Part shown: piece after piece, positions 23,699 through 34,090 of the stretch | How positions within the stretch are numbered: the stretch's first letter is position 1 | Layout of the letters: the number at the start of each line of letters is the position of its first letter | Source of the DNA: Chrysomallon squamiferum | Lineage: Eukaryota > Animalia > Mollusca | Assembly: GCA_012295275.1 (NCBI GenBank) | Contig: CM022667.1 | Span: 21,762,001-21,826,000, forward strand | Length of the DNA stretch: 64,000 bases | Reading direction: 5' to 3' | Position numbers and translations under genes: made by a program | Notes under the pieces: generated by a model | The model's database searches: none | The model's input: the letters and a program-made list of their open reading frames with translations, nothing else | What the model was told of the DNA's origin: nothing

Positions 23699-26600
23699 CT
23701 GGAAAAGTAAAGTAAAAAAAAAAAAAAAAAAGGGAATGAAAAATGTCTTTATAGCTGGCATTCTAAGGAAGAATTTTTTTTATTTAGCTACAAAACATTT
23801 CTAATCTGTAGATTCTGTCATGTACGGATACGCTCGGGAAGACAGTAAATAGCGCACGTCTGTTGAATAACCCAACAACATTTATTTAAGTGTTATTTGT
23901 ACATTTTAATGGCATTCATTCTGTATACGGTAGTGGAGCAAATATACAAACTAAATAACACACATCGAATCGTTTATCCGGCAAGCTTAGAATCAGATAG
24001 GGTGCGGATTTAAATCTAAATCTTTACTTAAGATATAAAATGAACAACGCAAAATAAAGAATGGAACTGTATTTAACAGATTAATACACTTCTAAAGCAA
24101 TGTCTTCCTGATTTTTATTAATTCACTTAAAATTGTTAAAATACTATTATATCTAATATTAGCTAACAAAAGATAAAAGAGGTTCTTAAAATAATAAAAT
24201 AAATTAATAAATAAGGGGGAATACAAAGTTAAAAATGAATGAAAATAAAATTAATTAATACCAGTAGTCTGGCAACTCGCTTGGCCGAACTGGGTTCGGC
24301 AGACGACGCCATTTGAAGCAGACGTCGCACTGGACCCACGTCTGCACATCCTGTGCGGGAAGGTCAGGCGTCTGCTCGTTAGCTCTCGTCGTCTGCACTA
24401 CTCTTTTCATGCGAGTAAACCGCGAAGTTTTAGATTTTCTATAGCGTGTCGAACTCTTTTGTATTTCTTTTGTTGCTGTTTGTCGTTTCCCGTATATTTT
24501 AAGAGAATATTCCTATGAATAAAAGTAATAAATATCAAGTAAATTCCATGAACTGGGTGAAAAACAAAGAAATGATTTATTTTTTAAAACCACAAGAAAA
24601 AAATAAACACTTTAACATTATTCAAATTTTAACAATTTTCAAGTTTCTATTTGTGACGTAATTCTTTGCCCATTGTAATACACAGCGTTAGTGGAAAGGT
24701 TAATCAACAACTGAGGCACACTGGGATATCAGCAGCACATGGTGGCTCACTTAGCACCAGCTGACCCCCGTTTTCATAGGTAGATTTTAAATGTATCTTC
24801 CAGTGAAAACGAAGAGTATGTGAACATAGTTACATTATACATTTTATTACTATCGTTACAGCGCAGAGATTCAATTTCATTTAGGGTAAAAAAACAAAAA
24901 TTAAAAAAATAAATAGATAAACCACTACCATGACTTCACTGCATGAAATTCTTCAAACTTGAAACAATGTGCTTTTTTCATGCACTCGCCAACACTACAG
25001 AAAACTGAAGTCCAATGATACTAAAATAAAATGCTCAGGCATGAATATTTTTAATAACTTCCTCTCCAAACATTTAGTCGTGTTTTTCATTTACCTTTTT
25101 CTTTAAACAATTTCGGGGTCGCAGACGATGAGGCATTGGCTCCACTAGATCTGCCGCAAGCCGACTATTTGGAACATATTGCCAGTTAGGATTTTCCATT
25201 TTAATTGTTTCCATGTCTTTGGAAAATTCCATTCTGTATTGTTAATAATAAAACTAAGATTTTTAAACGATGTAATATTTTAAAATATATTAGTACAAAA
25301 TAATTATTTGTTAATAATTAAATAAGGCAGGATAGTAGAACGATTATAATATTAAACAGCACTAAAGATATTTATATTTTTACAGTCAAACCAGTAGAAT
25401 ACTGTACACTTTTACTCAAGAAAAACTAAGTTTTAAGTTTTCAAAACGTTATTTTAGCTTTTGCAATACACTGAAATACTTGTAGCTAAAACAGAAAATA
25501 AATTTCGACTAATTGTTAAAAAGGAAAAAAACCCCAAAGAAACAAACACGTATGATGATGCCATGTATCATTTTTAATATTAATAATATTATTTTCTTTC
25601 TTGAATGTGTTTCTGCGTACAGTCGTGTGTGTATTTGTGTGTGCACCCGTATTTGATTATCCCTTGGTATAGGAAGGGTTTGTGATCTTGGAATGCAAGG
25701 CTACAATTTTTGTTTTTTATTAGTTTACTAAAGAGATGTCTGGAACGTATATTTATTTGAAACATTTGGTCAGTTTATTTATCTCACTATTTCAAGTGAC
25801 TTTTGTTTATTTCAGATATTTATATTAATTTAATATAATTTAAATTTTTTTAAAATTATTATTATTATATTTTTTTTTTTTTTTTTTTCCTTACTCATAA
25901 GGTTTCTTCTGTTCGGGTGTCAGGTTTTTCCACAAAGTACCGAGTATCTTAGAGATCTCTCGGTTATCCACTGTAGGGTGTTCTTCAGAAATTCTTCGTC
26001 TGTTCTCCACGGAAAATCGAATGAAACTGTTCTTTGGTCGACGTGGTTCATCTGCTATACAGAGAGAAAGGAATGAAAGAAGGAAATGGATATTACATCT
26101 AATCATTTATTCTTTATACGTTCTAAAGATTTCTCAAGAGATAATTTAAAACATTGCTTCTTAAATCGTATCAATTGTCACATCACCCAGTCTTTGTTTC
26201 ACGCTATCCTTATATAAATTATATTGTAATTTTGTCTTTCTCTCCACCGATTTCATTCACCCTTGGATAAACCATTCACAGCACTGTAAAAAGTACTGGT
26301 TTAAGTTATTTATATCCGTTCCATGTAAGAGGTTACTACTAATAAACATAACTATTTAAATTATTCACCAAGATAAATTTTAATATATCAAAAAAGAATA
26401 CAGAAAATGCGTTACAAATACAGTGGTACCTCGACTTACGAGTGCTCCAACATACGAGTTTTTCGAGTTACGAGCGAGTTTCAGATACGCCGCCGCTACT
26501 TGGCGCAACGAACAACACACCATCAACTATGTTCACATTGTCATTTGCTTCACGTGGTTATCTCGCCGTGTTGTGTTGTGCTCGTGTTTTGTGCAGTATT

Positions 26601-27801
26601 TTGCCAAATTTCTATGGATCTTAAGAAAGTGAGTGCAAAGGACAATGCTGAGAAGAAGCGGATGATGTCCATTGATTTAAAGCATGAAATCATAGAAAAA
26701 CATGAGCGAGGTGTGCATGTAGTCAAAATGGCTAGGCAGTATGAGTGTAGTACTTTTACGATATGTACCATACTAAGCAAAGGAGTCGATAAAGACTAAT
26801 TCCAGCCAAAGGTGTTAAAATAATTTCTGGACCTCTGTCCATGAAAAGATGGAGAAATCCTAACCCTAACTGTTTTATTTTGGTTTTTAGACCATATTTG
26901 TCATTTATACACATTTTTTTTGTTATTCATAAACACGTTACCAAAAACTGGGGTGGTTTTGGGGGGTCTGAACAGATTAATGGTATATCAACTAATTTCA
27001 TTTGGGAAAACTGATTTGAAATACGAGGAAATTGAGTTACGAGCTCAGTCACGAAACGAATTAAACTCGTAAGTCAAGGTACCATTGTATTTAATTTACA
27101 CACTTCAACTTTCAGGATCGAGGGGGAAAAATGTATATACGTGTGTGTCTGTGTGTAAAATAATAATGATAAAAAGTACTTTCTTATGAACATACTGAAC
27201 ACACCCGCTCTTCGAGATGCCTTAGTGATTTTAAAATTATTCTTATTTTTGCTTTCCGCTGACTCCGACGTTGACGACACTTGATCAACAGCCACGTTTT
27301 CACTGGACAAAGCAGGCACTGTAAGTAAAGGATCGTCATTCTGATCAGTTGAAGATGTCACGCCGCAACTATCAGCTTCTGAATTCAAACCAGAATCTGA
27401 CATCGCCGGCGACGATTTATCCAACCAGAGAGATGTCACGTCTGCTGATGACGTCAAAGGTACAAAATGGCTGCTCGTCTGACAGTAATTTGGTTTCATA
27501 TTGGATGCTGTTACAGCAGGCATTTCACGATCACATGGATTGTTCCGATAATCGCCAATCGAATCCGTGTTGAATGTCGTTTCCTTAAACGCCTGGGTTT
27601 GTGAAGCAGTGCAGTTTTGCAAAATCTGACATATAAATAATTATAAAATAATAAAATTATACTACCCGACTATTCACAAACTATCGGTTCTACGATTTCT
27701 CTCCTTGTGTGTTCGTGTGTGTGAGGTGATTTACTGTTTTATGTAAACTATACCTTTCAGTATAACTCTTTCTTTTAGCTAAATCATCTCCCACTGAAAT
27801 T

Positions 27802-27893
<92 letters not shown>

Positions 27894-28139
27894 CTCAAAA
27901 TTCATTCTCTTTAGATTCATTTAAAAAAGCTTATTTGTTGCTGTAATGTAATTTGTATACCAAACCGTGGAATTTTAATAGTTACACACGTCAGGTTCTG
28001 GTGGCAGAATATCGAAAAGTGAACATAACTCTTTTGTCCAGAACTCTGTACCAATGTCTGTTCCTAAAGCCTTCCAAAAAAAAAAAATAATAATAATAAT
28101 AATAATAAAAGTAAAATAGTAAAAAAGTAAAATATTAAT

Positions 28140-28194
<55 letters not shown>

Positions 28195-29694
28195 GTAACA
28201 ATAATAATAATAATATTAATAGCTAAATATTAAAAAGAAAGGAAAACAGCTTCAATCATGTGAAGGTCTATTCCTTCACCAGCAAAATATTTTATTTTAT
28301 TTTACCTTGCACAGTTTATAATTTGCCCCAGGGAAAAACCAGTGCATCGATAGCGTGAATTGAAATTTGATTTTTTCATTATTATGCCAAATCTATTTTA
28401 AGTTCATTCTGATTTTTGAAAAATTATCTGTGTTTTTAAGCTTGTTTATAATCTTGTCTACATACCAAGTCACTTGACTGAATATGTGACTGCCCTGCTT
28501 GTTGTACTGAGTTCTGCTGTTGATCTGTACCATTCTGTATATCGTTTGAGTTTACACAGTAATCGGTGGCTTGCAGATATTCTGAGAATGTACCTGGTAC
28601 GCACAGTTGAACATCTGGTATCTGACATGGAGGGCGGCTGTTTTGTACGTACACAGGACTTTTACTCAATCCTGAAAAAAATGGATTACTTTCTAGTGGG
28701 CTCTGCGCTTTTTGGCCACAACTGACTATATACTGGTGGGTTTGGTCCAGCTGCTGACCATCGTTAGAAACATGTCTGTACTGTTGATTCGTTGTTGAAG
28801 ACTTTGGTTGGAATTCCCACAAGAACTGTATACTGGGAGGTACATCGCCGACCGCTGTCTCTCTGCCTGATTTAGTTTTCGGAGGCGACCAATAACTGTA
28901 ACCTAAATGGACAGGGAAGATGGGAGTAAAAGTATCTTTTCAAACTTTCACTACTCACTTAACAAGTAATTATATTAATTATATAGAGACAGTTTATGAA
29001 AACATTCAGGGAATAAACAATGTAGTCATTGTGACCATTTATGAAAAAACGAAGTAAACTTTCGCACAAAAGAATGATTCCTGGAAGTGCTATATAATTC
29101 ATTTAAAGTTTTAAAAAGCAATTAATAATAATAATTAAAAAAATGAATAAAAAACTAAAAAAAGAAAAGAAACTGCTTTTATTAAAACTATCATTTTTAA
29201 GCCTTAGCATATTTTAAACATTACCTTCAACCTGAGAAGGGACAGTCGTCAAATGTCGAAACGGGTCGAAGTAATCTGTCCCCTGAAATAAATATTTTTT
29301 AAAATGTGCAGAAACGAATGGTTTCCATATATATACATCAGCCAGTTTTTCTGTCCTGCTAACACCGAGACCGCCATTGCCATGCATAATTCCTTTGTGT
29401 CTTTTATAGCCACTTAAAGCTTGTCCAACTACGAGAGGAAATAATGTTGAATCGCATAGTTTTCCCAGCATAATTATAATCAAAATATCAAAGCGATTCA
29501 AATCTTTTTAATCACATAATTCCAATTAAATAATGTATGACACATCGGCGAAGGTAACACACATATACACCCACCCTTCCACATACACACGTGCATTAAA
29601 TAATGTAAAATGGTGACTATTGTGTGATATGCATGTTATGTATGTTATTATGTATATTAAGGAATATTTTAGAAATATTTTTGTTCGTCCGAAA

Positions 29695-29744
<50 letters not shown>

Positions 29745-30430
29745 TCGTAGTAATGGACTTAAACCATCCATGAGTACAGTCAAGACACTAAACGATGCTA
29801 GAACATTTCCTAAATTACCAAAAACTGACCAGCAATGCGATGTGGAAATAAGAATTTATTAAAGACATAATTTTAAAAATAAATAAATAAATAAATATCT
29901 AAAATAAATAAATAAATAAATTCATATTTTTATTTCCCAGACTGTCACGATATCCTTTTTTGTCAATGTTTCTAAAATAACCCTTAAAACGGTCGCTAGA
30001 ATTCAACGTTGAAAATGTATAGACAGACGTAAGGATAAGCACACCACATAATATATGGTTACATAATTTATAGGCATTCAAGAATGCATTTACAGATGAA
30101 TAGTTAGTTATTAATGTAAGATTTAAGAACAAAAATAAATAAAAATAATGATAAATAATTTAAAAAAAATAATGATAAATAAAAAAATTATTAATAAAAA
30201 TAATAAATTTTAAAAAAGAATTCAAATTAAAAATATATAATAATAATTCTGGAGATTTTATTTTGTTTTATTTTATTTTATTTTATTTAAAAAAAAAAAA
30301 AATGATATACAGAAAAAAGATTAAACATAATTCCTACCGTTCTAAGCGTTGACGTAAATTCTGTGAATGATGGGAGACTTAAATCAACAGACGTCTTATC
30401 TTCATCAGTGTTTCCGAATGTACCCGCCAT
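23638..30430 (-). CDS. HMG-box + C-terminal zf-CW domain protein (~542 aa, 8 coding exons)
   Basis: Exons 30430-30338, 29282-29225, 28902-28466, 27625-27196, 26054-25895, 25233-25095, 24512-24262, 23698-23638. All introns are GT-AG and phase-compatible, giving 1629 nt open from ATG (MAGTFGNT) to TAA. Confidence 0.85.
24262..24512 (-). CDS. Exon: basic linker and first part of zf-CW
   Basis: ...RYRKSKTSRFTRMKR...QDVQTWVQCDVCFKWRRLPNPVRPSELPDYW, acceptor ttttattcatag. Confidence 0.92.
25095..25233 (-). CDS. Exon: HMG box C-terminus and basic tail
   Basis: (E)MEFSKDMETIKMENPNWQYVP...HRLRPRNCLKKK. NPNWQYVP corresponds to the HPDYKYRP/HPDWKW end of sequence-specific HMG boxes. Confidence 0.88.
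25895..26054 (-). CDS. Exon: HMG box helices 1-3
   Basis: DEPRRPKNSFIRFSVENRRRISEEHPTVDNREISKILGTLWKNLTPEQKKPY, donor ga|gtaagg. Confidence 0.95.
26421..27087 (+). mobile_element. Internally deleted Tigger/pogo-family DNA transposon (667 bp), in an intron of the HMG-CW gene
   Basis: Left TIR CAGTGGTACCTCGACTTACGAG and right TIR CTCGTAAGTCAAGGTACCATTG (2 mismatches in 22), with TA on both sides (26419-20, 27088-89). Internal ORF from 26614, MDLKKVSAKDNAEKKRMMSIDLKHEIIEKHERGVHVVKMARQYECSTFTICTIL, resembles the CENP-B-type N-terminal HTH of Tigger transposases. No DDE domain. Confidence 0.93.
27805..27891. repeat. (CA)n microsatellite
   Basis: Direct reading. Confidence 0.95.
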
Positions 30431-31135
30431 TAGAAACTGCTTATGCTAAAAGTATTTACAGCCTGTTGTTTTATTAACCAGTAACAAATGATTTGAAAAA
30501 CTCTGGCCATGCAATAACCTTTCACCTTTGCTATTTAGGCCAAGACTAATGTATAACTTTGTACTACTGTCAAAATTTGTTTTACCAACACTCAACACAG
30601 ATAAGGAAATCGGGGGGGGGGGAATGTGCTTCAAAAATTAATAAATATTGTAAGAATCCGCCTGCTTATTCTAGTTTATTTTAAAATAAATGTTGTCTGC
30701 AGAATATCATTTCTTGTAGGTTAAATATATATTGTTTAGAGCTATTAACTTATTTTAATTTTAGAACGTAGATTTATGTCATAACGTAAGCTTTAAAGGT
30801 ATATAATTCTAATTGTATACATTTACGATTACTCAAAGTGAACGTATTTTACAGTTGTCTCGTCATCCATTTTGGCTCTTTTTCACTTCTTCGAAAAACC
30901 TTTGTTCAGAAATTCTAATAGCCCATATATTGAAGTTCGTAGGAACGTGCTTCATTATTCCCAATGAAATGTAAACTAGAGAATTTTAAACACTCTGACA
31001 CTAATCCAGATTGCTCCTCTGAAATTCTGATTACATTCCCAGTAAGGAAATAACGCTTTTCATAAACATTTAGAAAACTATCAGCTGCTAAAAAAAAAAA
31101 AAAAAAAAAAAAAATCCCGAATTTAAGAGTTGCCC

Positions 31136-31174
<39 letters not shown>

Positions 31175-31439
31175 AATAAATTAATTAATTAATTAATAAA
31201 CAGATAAATCCGCGTTCATTAATCAAGAACTTTACTGAATAGCCACTGCCATATTGAATTGTTTATTTATTTATTCACTAAAGAGTTCCACCAACTTTAA
31301 TTCTCTTTTTCAAATTTTATTTTATTGTATTAAAATTAGGCTTAAAACCTGGGTCAGTGACGTAATTAAATGTAACTGTCATTCCGGAAAAGTAATATGT
31401 AGTGTTTTAAAGTACCATAAGTTAAAAGACGACTATCTT

Positions 31440-32130
31440 TTATAGTCTTATTTTATCTTATTCTTCAATTTGCTTCTTTCTTCTTACTCTTTGTTCTTCT
31501 TATTTCTTTTTATTATACTTCAAGTCTCTTATTTTTTCTTAGTCTTTATTTCCGTGTTACTTTTTGAGTCATATTTCGTTTTATTCTTCGGTCTTTGTAT
31601 TTCTTCTTATCATCTTCATATTCATCTTTACAATGTAACAATAATAATATGAAATAATAATAATAATAAAGGCAAAAATAAAATGACTGTATTATTTGCA
31701 TTTTTTTCTTTTGCATATTCCCAATGTTTCTTATTTTTCAATCTTCATGTTCCTTCATCTTTCAGCTTACATTTATTTTATTAATTTAATATTTGTTTTA
31801 TATTCATTTTTCTTATTTTTATTCTTTAGTTCAGTTATTTCACTTTCTTCTTATTTCTTTTCAGTCTTCTTCTTTTAATATTTTTTATTCTTGTTATGTC
31901 TTCTTATTGATCGATCTTTCAGTTTCTTCATTCTCAGCATTCTTCTTTCTTCTTATTCTTCAGTCTTATTCCATCTTAGTCTTCTTACTTCGTATTTATA
32001 AAAATAAGTCTTATTTTTTCTTATTCTTCATCAGCAAACTTACATAAATATTATCATCATCATTCCTATAATTCATTATCGTTTCTTCTTATTCGTCAGT
32101 CTTCTTGAGTCTTATTTTTATTTCTTTATT
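31440..32130. repeat. Degenerate TTC/TTA-rich low-complexity tract
   Basis: Recurrent TCTTATT/TCTTC/CAGTCTT motifs on a strongly pyrimidine-biased strand. Confidence 0.7.
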
Positions 32131-32206
32131 TCCCTGTAAAGCGGATTGTCCCGAACAATTATGAAATTAGCAAGTTTTCCAAAGTAGTTTGTTCATCAGC
32201 ATATAT

Positions 32207-32241
<35 letters not shown>

Positions 32242-32454
32242 TAAACAAATAATAAATAAATAAATATATAAATAAAAATAAAAACCCAACAATAAAACAA
32301 AAACATTTTTGACATCTATATTTACATTAGCAATAATAAAATAAATTTTATTCAAAGAAAACTCAATAATCTTACGTATCGATGATATCCGTTTTCACTT
32401 ACCAGTACTTTGTTCTTGCTTTGTACTTTCATTATTTTTCAACAAACAGATTTT

Positions 32455-32521
<67 letters not shown>

Positions 32522-33016
32522 TAACCATAAATATAAATACTATTTTTTTATTTTTTTATTTTTATTTTTTATTTAGGCATGCCTCATAGTTTCTGTTTTT
32601 ATTTTCATAACATGGCATATGAAATGATAAAAAAAAAAATGTTTGATTTGAATTTTTTTATCCACACCCACACTGCTGTACTTTCAAACTGAAGTCGTTA
32701 CCAGCTGTACGTTTTGAATCTGACAAATTCAACATGACCAGTTATGTCAATTATTTACAGATACAAACAAGATTATTATTTGTTTATTTTATTAGTATAG
32801 TTTAAATTTGTATTTATTGTTATTATTTATTTGTTTATTTATGATATCCCAAGATTAAACATACACACACACACGTCTTTTTTAAATACAATCGTTTAGA
32901 AATATAACTGTACATCCAGAAAAGACAGTTGGGAAGATAAAATAGAACTTGTGTTCTGAAGGAATATTTTGGACAAATCAGTTCCTCTGTCCATTTAACC
33001 AAAAAGGCTTAATATG

Positions 33017-33070
<54 letters not shown>

Positions 33071-33136
33071 CATCTTCATCATCATTATCTTTATTTTCAC
33101 CACAGAATATACAGTATTAAATATGCATTTCATATA

Positions 33137-34090
33137 GGTTAAGGTGGGGTAATTCTGGTCCCGGGGCATTTCTGGCCCCCAAGGTATATTATGACTTAGA
33201 TCACTATATTGTTCTGCCCAGGGTTCTGGGACTGTTGATATAAATAGGACCTTCCTATCTCTCATTAGAATTCAGCCATTTACACGTGGAATATAGTGGC
33301 AATGAAAATAGTGAAAACAAGAAGGTTGTAAAAAAAAGTACATTTTGAGGTTTCAAAAGTGAGTGTTATTTTTTTAGTTCTATAGACAAAAGGTTAGTGA
33401 AAACTTTTGACAGGTAAACATAAAATCAATTATTAAGTTCAACAGAAGAAACTTGATTAATTTGTGGTAGTTAGGAATGGAGTGTGTGTTTTATTTAACT
33501 CCACCACTAGGGGCAATTCTGGCCCATGGAATGGAGTAAATCTGGCCCCCAAATGTGATGCTGAAATCAATAGTTTTGGCATTCTGGGTTTTATTTAAGT
33601 TTTTTGAATCAGTTGAAAGTCCATGGTCCATCTGGTGCGGCACATCGTCAAACTTCAAATAAAAGCACTAGGATGACGTCTGCCGCGGCACTGACAGAAG
33701 AAGAAAGTGTCAAGACGTATGAAAAAGAGTTGGCAGAGAAGAAGAGGAAGAAAAGGCAGAGGGCAAAATGTGAGAGAGGCAAAAAAAAAAAGAAAAAGAA
33801 AGGCATCAGCAGCTCAGTTTAAATGCTACAGCAGAACCGGTGGATGCAGTCGTAGAAAACGTTGATGGTGAAGAGACTGAACTAGAAGACAGAGATGTAG
33901 TAGATAAAAACACAAGAAAAATGTGAACTCTGTGGCAGAGTTGATGATGGCATAAATTCCGACGAGTTCATAGGATGTGACGGGTGTCCAAATTGGTATT
34001 GTCTTGATTCTTGCGCAAATCTCGAACGCCCTTCTGGTGCAGACTTTAAAGATATTGTATTCTTGTGTAATATTTGTCAAGGAGTTTTGT
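33137..34090 (+). mobile_element. Degenerate pogo-like DNA transposon remnant with a C-terminal PHD finger
   Basis: TA-preceded left end GGTTAAGGTGGGGTAATTCTGGTCCC, with related GGGGCAATTCTGGCCC motifs near 33163, 33510 and 33532. Frameshifted coding remnant: RMTSAAALTEEESVKTYEKELAEKKRKKRQR, an acidic stretch, then CELC...FIGCDGCPNWYCLDSC...FLCNIC (33922-34077). Right TIR not found. Confidence 0.7.

Noticed and set aside
25591-25700. Alternative HMG helix-3 exon reading DLAFQDHK..., reminiscent of capicua DLAFQ
   Set aside because: The acceptor is A-rich with no pyrimidine tract, the register is off, and no HPDW-like end follows. Exon 25233-25095 fits far better.
30853-30870. Possible upstream coding micro-exon (MDDETT) for the HMG-CW gene
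   Set aside because: It is phase-compatible with a cag just before the 30430 ATG, but the donor is weak and the exon is too short to support without transcripts.
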